A DNA stretch of 64,000 bases from an uncultured Fibrobacterota bacterium (GTDB lineage Bacteria; Fibrobacterota; Chitinivibrionia; Chitinivibrionales; FEN-1185), in contig CAVSQB010000026.1 of NCBI GenBank assembly GCA_963729895.1, positions 1 through 64,000 of the forward strand, written 5' to 3'. Shown here piece by piece: positions 9,075-18,843 of the stretch. Made by a program: the position numbers and the translations under genes. The stretch's first letter is position 1. Each line of letters starts with the position of its first letter. The notes below the pieces were generated by a model. The model saw only the letters and a program-made list of their open reading frames with translations. It was not told the origin of the DNA and searched no databases.

Positions 9075-11354
9075 CTAATATAACGTGATCTTCCCCGTCT
9101 GCCGTATGTCGTGCGATGACGCGCCCACGAGCACGTCGAAGGTGCCCGGATCCACCACCCAGGCGGTCTGCGTGGAATCGTAGTATTCCATGTCGCGCTC
9201 CGTGATCCCGAAGTTCACGGTCTGTGTCTGGCCCGCGGTAAGCGGAACCCTGGCAAAGCCGCGCAAATCCTTGTATCGCCTCAGCTGGGCGCTCTGTTCG
9301 TCATGCAGGTACACCTGCACCACCTCGTCGCCGTCGCGCGTTCCCGTGTTCTTCACGTCCACGCTTACGTGGAACGTGTCGCCCGGATAACCGCCGGACG
9401 GAGTTATTGAGAGGTTACTATACGCGAACGTCGTGTAACTAAGGCCGTAGCCGAAGTAGAACAGCGGCGTCAATTGATGATAGTCGTAGTACGGATATCC
9501 TCTGCCTTCCCATGCATCCTCGTAAATGTCCTTTGTCGCGCCCGAGGTGTTCCATGGAAGGCCGATGCCCCACACCGGAAGCTGAGTAGAGTCGTGCGGG
9601 AACGTTATGGTTAACCTGCCGGCAGGATTGTAATCGCCGAACAGGGCCTCAGCCATTGCAAGCGTGTGATCTTCGCCTGCAAAAAGCGTCATTACAATTG
9701 CAGGCGCGGTCGACCACGCGCCTGTGTCTGCATCTGTGCCGCCTTCATAAAATACGATGGTTTTCCCGGGCTTTGCGGCCATCACCTTGGATACCCATTG
9801 GTTTTCAGAATCCGCCAAGCCGACACTGACCTTGTCGAATCCCTCACCCGCGTCGTAGGGCCCTATGCAGACCACGGCATAATCGCAGTTTGTGTAATCG
9901 CTGGTAACGGTCACGTTTGTGCCGCCGATCTTCTTAATCGCCGCGGCATCGGAAGTATGGTGGATCGGGTTTACCTGGGCGCTGCCGGCAACAAACCATT
10001 GCATATCGTTCGCATAGGTACCCACCACAGCGACGGTGACCGGCTCTGATCTGTCAATCGGCAGCAGATTGCCGTCGTTCTTTGCAAGAATCACGGCCTC
10101 ACGAGTTGCGCGGCGCATGAAATTATAGTGTGTCGAATCATTAATGGAGTCATGGTATGTCGACGCGATCGTATACCCCGGCTCAAAACAGTGCGTCCTG
10201 TACCGGGCCCATATCCAGCGCCGCGCCTTGTCGTCGAACAGACCCTGCGAAATAGCATTCCCAATCAAAGGCACCAGAGCGCCGCCCCATGTTCCGGGAG
10301 TGGGCAGGTCGAGCCCGGCCGCTGCCGACACAGGGAAATTGCCGCTGCCGTTGTCCCAATCCGTAAGGATGAATCCCTTAAGGCCCCATGAGTCCTTGAG
10401 AATATCGGTCAAATCGTGCTTGTTTTGCGCGTTCGGTAGGCCATTGACATTATTATATGCCGTCATGATGCCCGTGGCCTCGCCCTCAAGCGCAGCCATG
10501 CCGAACTGATAGGTATACCGCTCGCGCAAGCTCCGCTCGGAGCAGTACACGGGGTAATTGCCGCGCGCGCGTTCCTCATTGTTGCAGCAAAAGTGCTTGA
10601 CTGTCACCATAAGGCCGCTTTTGCTGCATCCCCTGCAGTCTGCCGCAGCCATCTTGCCCTGGAGAAACGGGTCTTCGCCGTAGCTTTCAAACGTCCGGCC
10701 GCCCCGTCCGTCGCGCACAAGGTTCACGGTCGTACCGAGCATGATGTTGTAGCCCAATCCCCGAAAGTCCTGGCCTTTGTAGTAACCAGCCACCTCGGCG
10801 ATGGAAGTGTCGAATGTAGACGCCATGGCCTCGCCGCAGGGATAAGCGAAGCCGCCGCGGCAGCCGTATGCACCGTCCGACCAAGCTACAGCGGGAACGC
10901 TTCCGGCACTCCCGCCATTGATGATAGTTTGCTTGTCATTGTTGGAAAGAGTATTTACCAAGTTTTCAACGAATTTGGCAGAGTCGCTCTGGGTGGCATT
11001 GACGGTCACCTGTGCCTTGTATGTTCCGGTAGGCGGGCCGTTGAACTGGCAGGTGAAAAAGATTCCCTTTAGTCCCCATCTTGTGAACGAGCCGAAGCCG
11101 TCGCCTTTGACCGACGTGAGCGGCACCACCGTGCCTGAGCCATCCTGGATAATTGAGAGCGACGCGTTGAACTGGTCGTTACTCCAGCCGACGAGCTGGT
11201 AGCTCACCTTGCCAACGAATTTATAGATATTGTTCGAATTGTCAACGAGCTTCAGGAACACTGGCGTCACGAGCACCGTGTCTATGTCTGAGGCCGGCTG
11301 CGCATAGAGCAAGGCGGCGGCCGCAACAGTGATAACCGCGATTTTCTTTATCAT
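9075..11354 (-). CDS. Secreted GH3 glycoside hydrolase, tandem paralogue
   Basis: Same architecture and motifs (GRTFESYGEDP, VKHF, GFILTDW, FGYGLSYT); end-to-end similarity to 6709..8979. Confidence 0.95.
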   Translation of the reverse strand: MIKKIAVITVAAAALLYAQPASDIDTVLVTPVFLKLVDNSNNIYKFVGKVSYQLVGWSNDQFNASLSIIQDGSGTVVPLTSVKGDGFGSFTRWGLKGIFFTCQFNGPPTGTYKAQVTVNATQSDSAKFVENLVNTLSNNDKQTIINGGSAGSVPAVAWSDGAYGCRGGFAYPCGEAMASTFDTSIAEVAGYYKGQDFRGLGYNIMLGTTVNLVRDGRGGRTFESYGEDPFLQGKMAAADCRGCSKSGLMVTVKHFCCNNEERARGNYPVYCSERSLRERYTYQFGMAALEGEATGIMTAYNNVNGLPNAQNKHDLTDILKDSWGLKGFILTDWDNGSGNFPVSAAAGLDLPTPGTWGGALVPLIGNAISQGLFDDKARRWIWARYRTHCFEPGYTIASTYHDSINDSTHYNFMRRATREAVILAKNDGNLLPIDRSEPVTVAVVGTYANDMQWFVAGSAQVNPIHHTSDAAAIKKIGGTNVTVTSDYTNCDYAVVCIGPYDAGEGFDKVSVGLADSENQWVSKVMAAKPGKTIVFYEGGTDADTGAWSTAPAIVMTLFAGEDHTLAMAEALFGDYNPAGRLTITFPHDSTQLPVWGIGLPWNTSGATKDIYEDAWEGRGYPYYDYHQLTPLFYFGYGLSYTTFAYSNLSITPSGGYPGDTFHVSVDVKNTGTRDGDEVVQVYLHDEQSAQLRRYKDLRGFARVPLTAGQTQTVNFGITERDMEYYDSTQTAWVVDPGTFDVLVGASSHDIRQTGKITLY

Positions 11355-11363
11355 GGTTTCCCC

Positions 11364-11768
11364 CTACCTGTACAGCGCGAGTTTGAGGTTCTGCACGTAC
11401 GAGCCGAAGGAGAGAGTTGCCAGATAGATGCCCGTGGCCGTCCGGGACAGATCGCATTGCAGAGAACCCTGGTTCCTGGTGAGGACCAGGTTCTTAACCA
11501 GGACCCCGGAAATCGAGTACACGGAAATGCGGCCCTGCTCCGACGTTGCCGGAACGCTCCATTCAAGCGTTACGATTCCCTTGTTTGAAACGCGGCCGGC
11601 CGCGCGGAAAAACGAAGTTTGCGCGGGCGCGACCTGTTTGCCCTTCACGTAGGTGAGGGTTGTGGGAAATGTAAATGACGCGCTCAGTTTTTCCACTACC
11701 TGCGCAAAAAGCAGACCCGATGCGAACAACAGGACAAGTCCCGCCTTTGCAAATCTATTGATAACCAT
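11364..11768 (-). CDS. Small secreted protein, mostly a FlgD-Ig/T9SS type A sorting-like domain
   Basis: Start MVINRFAKAGLVLLFASGLLFA (RBS AGGAGG); ISVYSISGVLVKNL...TGIYLATL...KLALYR pattern; alternative in-frame start at 11873. Confidence 0.75.
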   Translation of the reverse strand: MVINRFAKAGLVLLFASGLLFAQVVEKLSASFTFPTTLTYVKGKQVAPAQTSFFRAAGRVSNKGIVTLEWSVPATSEQGRISVYSISGVLVKNLVLTRNQGSLQCDLSRTATGIYLATLSFGSYVQNLKLALYR

Positions 11769-12092
11769 TGTCCCCCTCCTTTGTTGGGTTGAATTGATTG
11801 CAACGTTGTCGGGTGGGATTCCAGCGGATGAAGAGCAGTCACGCGCGAAGCGCGCAATTCTCCTGTTAACCATGCTCCCCCCTTTTTGAGTCGGGTTAAC
11901 CGATTAAGAACCGGAACTGACCCTGGCGTGAGAAAATCAATTTTCGGCTGATTTATCAGGCCAAAATTGATTGTACGCGCCGCAAGCGATCCCGGAACCT
12001 AAATATAGGTATAATATATTTAAGATCACGGGGAAAATCCTGAAAAAAAAATCTATTTGTTCAAGGGTGAGGCGGGAGGCAAAACAGAGTCG

Positions 12093-12210
12093 GCGCTTCC
12101 GCCCCGAACCCCGACCAAGGGGTAGCCGCAGCAACCACGCCTTGGAACCCCGCGCCGCGTGCCAGCAGCGCCTCCTGGTCCCTCGGCCGGGGCCGCCCAG
12201 TTCTTTGGGT
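12093..12210. repeat. GC-rich REP-like palindromic intergenic element
   Basis: CGCCCCGAACCCCGACCAAGG...CCTTGGAACCCC nested hairpins downstream of a gene. Confidence 0.45.
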
Positions 12211-12227
12211 TTATAACGAAATCGACG

Positions 12228-13802
12228 TCAATACCGGTGGCCGCTCTGCAGTTCGTCAAGCATGCTGCCGCATTGGGAGGCGGATGCGGAATCGGCAACA
12301 CATGCCTTGAGCACCTCCTCGGCCTTGGGCCAGTTTCCCTCGTTGGAATAGGATATCGACCAGTTTACATACGCCGCTTCAAGGTTCTTGGCGATCATGG
12401 CTGCATGGGTGCCCCGGACATCGACCGCCTTCTGTTTCTTGATGATACGGATTACCTCGGGCCAATCTTTCTTGTCCCAGAACGACTTGAGCTCCGTTCC
12501 GTACATGGCCAGCACGTTGTCGTGAAACCATTCCTGGTTTCTCGCGTAGGGCAAAAAAACGGTCGTCAGGCTTTCGGCGTCTGCGAAATCGTTCATGTTT
12601 TCCGCATAAAATCTGATGTAATTGTCAATGTTTATAAGCAGGCCCTTATACATTTCGGAAGTGTCCGCTCCGCCCCCGGAATTTTTCATATCATCCAGCG
12701 CAGACTTGGATTCGGCGACAAACTCATCGTACTGGTGCTCCGTGTAGAGCATCGTCGCGTGATTGTATTCCAGAATGGAGGCGTTCCTGGCCACGCCGGG
12801 GCTCGCCGAAATACGCTGCCTTTCCGCGAGGACCGCCGGCATGATTTTTTCAAACATTTTTCGCGCGGTTTTAAGGTCGCCGGTTTTCTGCAAATACTGG
12901 AATTCAAGGCCGTAGATCGCAAACCGTTCTTTCTGCGCAGCGGAATCGTCGTCGAGCACATACCCGATCATCTCCTTCAACCGGTGGATGTCTTCTGTTT
13001 TCATCACCGAAGGGGCTGTGTGCTGGTTGGTCATGTTGTAACAGACGAGCCGGTACGGTTCCATGATCCTGCGCTTCTTGTAATCCTCATAGGTGGATTG
13101 CGCGAGGCTCCGGGACACGAACCAGGCCGTGGCTCTTGATTTATAGTAGTTCTCGTCATGAACCCAGTCAAACCCTGTTTTCGAAGTCGTTTCGATTTCG
13201 ATGATTTTGCCGTCGGGCGCCGTCATCCGCACAAACACGTGGGACGGCAGCACGACTCCCTCGACCGGCATGTCGAAATACCGGGCCAGCACGACGAACA
13301 GGAGAGCGGAACTGATGCAATTGTATTTTCCCGTTTCCAACAGGGTCGATAGCCTGCTCTGGTACCAATCGTACCCCGCCATGTCGTTCGCGGGGTCCGT
13401 TTTCAGGAATTCTTTTCGCATCGACTCGAACAGCAAATGTCCCTTCTGCCAAAAATCGGGTTGGGCGGCAATGGCCGGCCGGACCCTGGCCACAAACTCC
13501 CGGACCCGTGAGACATACCTGTTGAAGGACACCGTGTCGCGCACATTCCCCGATGCGAGAAGCGCAAGGGCCAGGAGCTCATCCGGATTTCCGGATTTCG
13601 CCTGGGAAACGTTCTTGAGGGTCCGGATCTCAACGGGTTTCAGATTGAACCAGAACGGAAACGGCGCATTGCCGAATTGGGAACGGTCGTACGACAAATC
13701 CACAGTCGAATCGTCGTTCCCGTTTGTCGTTTTCATTATAAACGCGCACCCGGCCGCGAGCAGTACGCACACCATTATGGCAACTATGCTGGTTCGCTTC
13801 AT
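12228..13802 (-). CDS. Lipoprotein with transglutaminase-like (SirB1/Transglut_core2-type) domain and helical TPR-like C-terminus
   Basis: Start MKRTSIVAIMVCVLLAAGC (lipobox); YNCISSALLF...LPSHVF...IETT putative Cys-His-acid triad. Confidence 0.75.
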   Translation of the reverse strand: MKRTSIVAIMVCVLLAAGCAFIMKTTNGNDDSTVDLSYDRSQFGNAPFPFWFNLKPVEIRTLKNVSQAKSGNPDELLALALLASGNVRDTVSFNRYVSRVREFVARVRPAIAAQPDFWQKGHLLFESMRKEFLKTDPANDMAGYDWYQSRLSTLLETGKYNCISSALLFVVLARYFDMPVEGVVLPSHVFVRMTAPDGKIIEIETTSKTGFDWVHDENYYKSRATAWFVSRSLAQSTYEDYKKRRIMEPYRLVCYNMTNQHTAPSVMKTEDIHRLKEMIGYVLDDDSAAQKERFAIYGLEFQYLQKTGDLKTARKMFEKIMPAVLAERQRISASPGVARNASILEYNHATMLYTEHQYDEFVAESKSALDDMKNSGGGADTSEMYKGLLINIDNYIRFYAENMNDFADAESLTTVFLPYARNQEWFHDNVLAMYGTELKSFWDKKDWPEVIRIIKKQKAVDVRGTHAAMIAKNLEAAYVNWSISYSNEGNWPKAEEVLKACVADSASASQCGSMLDELQSGHRY

Positions 13803-14005
13803 CGCACCATTCTCCTCAAAAGGTCCATGCAAAGACGCGGCATGTCGGTTGTGCCGGAACCATGAAAAGGTTTGCGGCTTTTTCAAAGACAACCGGCCGG
13901 AGTATGGGAATATACCACTTTGTCTGCCATGTTTCCAGACGACGCCACTAAAAACCCCTCATGCAAAACCGCGGCGAAAACGATGCCCTGCGGCACCGTG
14001 CCGTC

Positions 14006-14035
14006 AAAAGAAAAGGCATCCTTGCGGATGCCTTT
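14006..14035 (-). terminator. Intrinsic terminator after GH2 gene
   Basis: Stem AAAGGCATCC/GGATGCCTTT with T tract on the minus strand. Confidence 0.8.
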
Positions 14036-14059
14036 CCGACCGGCCGATGCCGATGTGCA

Positions 14060-16852
14060 TTATCGCATCAGGGCAAGCCGCTTCAGGTATTGCCCACCAT
14101 CCACGGCGAGGCGCACAAAGTAAATGCCGTTGGCCGTTGACCCGCCGCTTCCCACAGTCCCGTTCATCTGGATCGGGTGCCACCCGGCCTCGATCCTGGA
14201 TCCCGGTATCCGTTTCACGATCTTTCCGCTTGCGTCAAGAACATCCGCGGAAACGAACGAAGCGCTGCTGATGAAATACCGTATGGTCTTCCCGGCAACC
14301 GTTATGGACACGATCGGCCGCACCGCCTGCGCCGTACGGGCGCCGGGCATCAGGACCGCCACGGTACCGGGCGGCGGGACCGGGATCGTGGTGAACGAGG
14401 CTGTGCCTTGGCCAATGCCGGGCGAAGTGGCGGTGACCGTGACGACGCCCGGCGTGAACGTCGAGCGCACGGCCACCTTGCACATGCCGCCTTCCGCGGT
14501 GAGCTCAGGGTCACCCGGCGAATGCGCGAACTGGCCGCCCGGCGAGGTGTTGTTGTCCGCGCCGCCGCGGTAGTTGCCGGGCCCATTCACGCTGAACGTG
14601 ACGTTGGGAGTGGACGTGGGGCACCAGTTGCCCTGCGCGTCGACGATGGTGGCAAGAATGAATGCCGCGTCGGAACCGTTCGCGTAGATCTTGAAGGTAT
14701 CGCCGTCGCAGGGCTTTACAATCGGAGTGGCGACGGTGAGCTGGACATGGTCGGGATTCCCCGCAGTCACCTTCTGGTCGGAGCAGACCACGTTTCCGTT
14801 TGCGTCAAGCCCTTCGGCGGTGAGCGTTCCGGCGGCCCACGCGACGTTCCACTGGCACTGGTGAGGCATGAGCGCGGTGCCGTTGCCCGTGTCCGGGTAG
14901 GGTAGTTGATCGGTGCCCTGCTTGGTCCCGTTGACGAGCAGCCGGACCGACGGACAGTTGCTGAACGCGTTCACGGTTACATTGCCTGCACGGTTCCAAT
15001 GGTACGCGAGATTGACAACCGGTTTCAGCTGATAGTAGGTCAAGCAGGCCTGATAGATCTTGTACAGCATCTTGGGAATGCGGTTCCAGTCCATCATGGA
15101 AGTCCCGAACGACCTGCCGATCCCGTTTTCTCCCGGAGTCTCCGCCATGTACCACTGGACGAGGCCGAAGCACTTGGCGTTCTTGCTGTTTTTCCAGTTC
15201 TGCATGTAAACATTTGAAAAGTTGAGCTCGTTGTCATAGTCGAACCTGAACGCGGTTGCGTTTCCGGCCCATGACTCGGCGCCCCACGACGGTATGGCGG
15301 GATATTGCTGGTGGAACGGCACTTCGCAGCCGGTGGCCGAGCAGGAAATGGTGCTCACGATGCCGGCAGTGAATTGCGGTATGTCGGGCCAATACCCGCG
15401 GTCGGACATTGCGCGTGTGTGAACAGGGTCCCACACGCTGTCGATATTGATCCGTATGTCTGTCTCAAGAGGAAAGTTAATGGGGCCGTTGCTCACTTCC
15501 CATCCGAGGATCGAAGGATTGTTCCTGTCGCGGACTATCATGTCCCTGTGGAACGCCTTTTTAATCTCGTATTGATAGGCCGTGGGATTTTGCAGGGTGC
15601 CCTCGATGTCGCCGCTGGGCTGCATAATCATGATGCCGAACTGGTCGCACGCCTCGGTGAGTTCGCCGCTGGCCGTGGCATGTCCCGGCCTCCAAAGGCT
15701 GCCGCCGCAGTCGGCCATTATCTTCGCGTCGCGCCATTGCTGCTCCTCGGTCTGCGCGCAGCCGAGTGCAGGATAATCGTACCGCGAGGCGCCGCCCCAT
15801 ACGTAATGCGGGTGCCCGTTGATAACAGGGAAATCGCTGGTCCAGGTGATCACGCGTATTCCCAGGGGACTCTGGAATACGTCGACTGTGGTCCCGCCGA
15901 CCTGCACGATATGGTACACCTTATACATATACGGTTTGCCGTAGAGGCTGTTGTTCGGATACCACAAATGAGGGTTCGCGATGTCGGCGGTATCGCTGAA
16001 TACAACGCTGGTACCGGTATTTATCGTCTGTGTCTTGTCCTGGCTGAATACCACCACATTGTCCTGGTCGACGACCTTTGTCGTGAGCGTGACGGCCTGC
16101 GCCGCGCCGCTTTCGTTCTGCACGTGAGTGAGGATCTCGACCGTGGCGTCGGCGTCGGTGGCGGTCAATGCCGCCACGTAGGTTCCCCAGCTGTTGACAA
16201 CCGAGTACACGTTGGCAGGCACATACACTTTGTTGCACACGTACATATACACGGGCCTGTACAAGCCCACGCACTCCATGCCGTACTTGAAGGCTTCCGC
16301 AAACCCCGGGTCTTTGTAAAACCCGGCAGCGCTGCTTACCCTCACCGCAAGAACATTGGTGTTGGCCGCGCCGAATTGGACATAAGGCGTGATGTCCACG
16401 ATAAAGGGAACAAAGGTGCCGACATGCGTGGCGCCCGGGTTGGCCGTGTCGTTTCCCGGAAGAAAGGTGCCGTTTATGTAGACCGCGGCGCCGATGCCCG
16501 CGCCCCTGAATTCAACAAATATTTTCCTGCCCGAATAGGAGTTGTCGAGCGTGAAATGATTTCTGTACCATGCTATCCCGTCGTAGCCGTTACCCGGGCC
16601 GCCGGCGGCCATGTTCAGAAACGAAAGCGTGTCCCCCCAGGTGTGCGGAATGCCCGTCGTATTCCACCCTGCATCGTTGAACGAAGGGGCCTGAGCGCCG
16701 ACCGGATCAAGTCTGGCAAACTTCCAGGGCGTTGAGCCGAGGTTGATCTTGAGCCTGATGGTGGGATCCGGAACATACGTTTCCCCGTAAGCGGCGACCA
16801 CCGAGGCCAGCGCGACAAACAATGCCGTAGCCAAGAGTTTTTTGTGAATCAT
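14060..16852 (-). CDS. Secreted GH2 glycoside hydrolase (beta-galactosidase-like) with DUF4982-like and C-terminal FlgD/T9SS-like domains
   Basis: WYRNHF, GLYRPV, LWYP, RDRNNPSILGW; C-terminal DVLDASGKIVK...NGIYFVRL; signal peptide. Confidence 0.9.
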   Translation of the reverse strand: MIHKKLLATALFVALASVVAAYGETYVPDPTIRLKINLGSTPWKFARLDPVGAQAPSFNDAGWNTTGIPHTWGDTLSFLNMAAGGPGNGYDGIAWYRNHFTLDNSYSGRKIFVEFRGAGIGAAVYINGTFLPGNDTANPGATHVGTFVPFIVDITPYVQFGAANTNVLAVRVSSAAGFYKDPGFAEAFKYGMECVGLYRPVYMYVCNKVYVPANVYSVVNSWGTYVAALTATDADATVEILTHVQNESGAAQAVTLTTKVVDQDNVVVFSQDKTQTINTGTSVVFSDTADIANPHLWYPNNSLYGKPYMYKVYHIVQVGGTTVDVFQSPLGIRVITWTSDFPVINGHPHYVWGGASRYDYPALGCAQTEEQQWRDAKIMADCGGSLWRPGHATASGELTEACDQFGIMIMQPSGDIEGTLQNPTAYQYEIKKAFHRDMIVRDRNNPSILGWEVSNGPINFPLETDIRINIDSVWDPVHTRAMSDRGYWPDIPQFTAGIVSTISCSATGCEVPFHQQYPAIPSWGAESWAGNATAFRFDYDNELNFSNVYMQNWKNSKNAKCFGLVQWYMAETPGENGIGRSFGTSMMDWNRIPKMLYKIYQACLTYYQLKPVVNLAYHWNRAGNVTVNAFSNCPSVRLLVNGTKQGTDQLPYPDTGNGTALMPHQCQWNVAWAAGTLTAEGLDANGNVVCSDQKVTAGNPDHVQLTVATPIVKPCDGDTFKIYANGSDAAFILATIVDAQGNWCPTSTPNVTFSVNGPGNYRGGADNNTSPGGQFAHSPGDPELTAEGGMCKVAVRSTFTPGVVTVTATSPGIGQGTASFTTIPVPPPGTVAVLMPGARTAQAVRPIVSITVAGKTIRYFISSASFVSADVLDASGKIVKRIPGSRIEAGWHPIQMNGTVGSGGSTANGIYFVRLAVDGGQYLKRLALMR

Positions 16853-17267
16853 GAATCCTCCCTTTTCTACTGATTACTCGATTAATCCCCCTCCCGAATT
16901 GCGTTTCACGTTTCCGCGCAACCGGGCCGATTTCGTTTTGCGATTTGCGTTTCAAGCGACGATTACGAGGCAGCGGGATTCGAGAGGAAAATTCCTGGAT
17001 ATCGTGATGAACGGCGATTGGGAAACCAATCGCTGAAAGATCCCCCCCTTGCCCAACTATAAATATATTGAAAAAAAGGGGGAAATGCGTGGAATTGTTT
17101 GGAGCTGCATTGGCCCTGAGAAGGAGGAAGACATTTGCAGACAAAACAGAACAGCCCGTACCTGCTCCAGTTCATCTCTGATTTCGTGGATTTCGTGCAA
17201 TTAGTTTCGTACAGGAGACGCCAGCATGGTTCACAAACACAATTCTTGTCATCCAGTCTTTCCAATC

Positions 17268-17296
17268 TTGACAAAAAGTCTTCTAAACGGTATATT
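17268..17296 (+). promoter_or_regulatory. Sigma70-type promoter for the lipoprotein gene
   Basis: TTGACA-N17-TATATT. Confidence 0.7.
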
Positions 17297-17415
17297 CTCA
17301 TGCGAAGCTTATCCCGGCGAACATCAGCCGGAAAGATGGTTTGTGCTCCTACCCGGAAATAGCTCACGCACTTGTTGGTGCGGCAACACGTCACTTCCCA
17401 GGAAAGGGGATACGC

Positions 17416-18384
17416 ATGGCGCGGACTGGATTGAAAACGGCTTTTGCAGTGTGGTGTGCAGCGGCCTTGCTGGCCGGATGCGGCGACAAGGGCGCGGGGC
17501 CGGGAAGTTCCGCGGGCCCCGACGGCACCAGGTTTACCATGGAGACCATTACCTATCAGGTGCAGGGAAGTACCATAGTGGAATCGGTCCAGATGGTAAT
17601 GCCCGGAGGAACCTACTGCGACCTTGACACTTTGGTGCGCACGAGCGATACCACGATGACCGAAAATGATACCACTGCATTTGACCTGACGGGCGATACG
17701 CTGCGGCTGCTGCAAGTGCCGGAGATCATGTCGGTTTCGGGCGCCGTCATCCAGCCGTACACGCAGATGTTAAGAAAAGGCAACGGCACGGGCCTCACCG
17801 GCGTCTGGACCGATCCCACGGCCGGGTACACCGTTTTGTCCGGGACCCCGACGTCCGATGAAATAGCGGAGGAAAACGCCAACAACGCGTCCTTTTCGGA
17901 CCTCTATGGGTTGACGGTGGAATATGATATCACTTCATCGCAGATATCCATTTATCTATCCGGACAACTCGATCTTGCATCGATCTTCATCAGCAACTGG
18001 GACTATGGTTTGGACCCCACGTTTTACCCGGCAGACAGCGCCATGTATAACATTACCCTGCAGAAAGTGTCCCCAAAAAAACTCATTCTTACCGGAAGCA
18101 CATCCGGTGAATCCGTGACGATCAACTGGAACGTCTTGTCGGGCACGTTTCTGGACATCAAGTATACCGAGGTTTTCACAAGCAGTAACCCTGCGCACAC
18201 CTCCTACACTTATTATTCGAACCCGCAGACCTGTCCCGACGATGAGTACCCTCTATGGTGGGACAATTCGTTCCTTCCCGACAACGAGAAGGTCTTCCTT
18301 GTAAAAGCCATTGCCAAGAAATCCGCGCGAGCGAAAGAGCCGGGCTTGCTCTTACGGAAAATCATGCCGTTTCATGTGAAGTAA
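17416..18384 (+). CDS. Hypothetical acidic Ser/Thr-rich lipoprotein with basic C-terminal tail
   Basis: RBS AAGGGGA; MARTGLKTAFAVWCAAALLAGC lipobox; followed by a terminator. Confidence 0.8.
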   Translation: MARTGLKTAFAVWCAAALLAGCGDKGAGPGSSAGPDGTRFTMETITYQVQGSTIVESVQMVMPGGTYCDLDTLVRTSDTTMTENDTTAFDLTGDTLRLLQVPEIMSVSGAVIQPYTQMLRKGNGTGLTGVWTDPTAGYTVLSGTPTSDEIAEENANNASFSDLYGLTVEYDITSSQISIYLSGQLDLASIFISNWDYGLDPTFYPADSAMYNITLQKVSPKKLILTGSTSGESVTINWNVLSGTFLDIKYTEVFTSSNPAHTSYTYYSNPQTCPDDEYPLWWDNSFLPDNEKVFLVKAIAKKSARAKEPGLLLRKIMPFHVK

Positions 18385-18410
18385 GCACGGGGAACGGTTC
18401 CGCTGCTCCT

Positions 18411-18440
18411 AAAGCCGCACCATGAGGCGCGGCTTTTTTT
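18411..18440 (+). terminator. Intrinsic terminator
   Basis: AAAGCCGC...GCGGC followed by TTTTTTT. Confidence 0.8.
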
Positions 18441-18531
18441 CACAGATCCGGCGGAGGATCCTTTGACAAACAGGGTCAACGTTAGACGGCCGCCGCTGCG
18501 TGGCAGCGGCAGCCGTCCTTTTACCCAACGC

Positions 18532-18732
18532 TTAATTGGGCATGTTCTCCGCGTACCGGCCCAGATCCGCGACAACCATGTGGGTGCTCTGGTCCGCGGT
18601 ATTGTACCAGAAGCATAGCTTTCCCTCGTCGCGCGTGAAGCACTGCTCGAACTCATTTGTCGCGGTGCACGGGAAAATCTTGTCGTGCATCGCCGCCGCC
18701 TGCCCCAAAAGTTTCGTCTCGAGTTCGGTCAT
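18532..18732 (-). CDS. Small hypothetical protein (66 aa) downstream of ftsZ
   Basis: Strong RBS AAGGAGA, coding-like codon use, motif IFPC...CF...LCFWYNT.D.STH. Confidence 0.7.
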   Translation of the reverse strand: MTELETKLLGQAAAMHDKIFPCTATNEFEQCFTRDEGKLCFWYNTADQSTHMVVADLGRYAENMPN

Positions 18733-18843
18733 GATTTCTCCTTGTGCGTACGTTCAAGTCGACAAGTCCTTTTTCCTCCGTCCTCCTTCTCCCTCTCCCC
18801 TTGCAGAGGGCGTGGTGGGGAAGAAGTGGTTCCGGAAAAAAGG

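Noticed and set aside
11860..11905. Two GTTAAC-centred sites as LacI-type operators
   Set aside because: Too short and degenerate to support without comparative data
17013..17033. Palindrome GCGATTGG-GAAA-CCAATCGC upstream of GH2 as an operator
   Set aside because: Single instance with no regulator gene nearby; cannot be told apart from a simple hairpin
17300..17415. Possible riboswitch in the lipoprotein leader
   Set aside because: Short stems only; no match to a riboswitch consensus I can recognise
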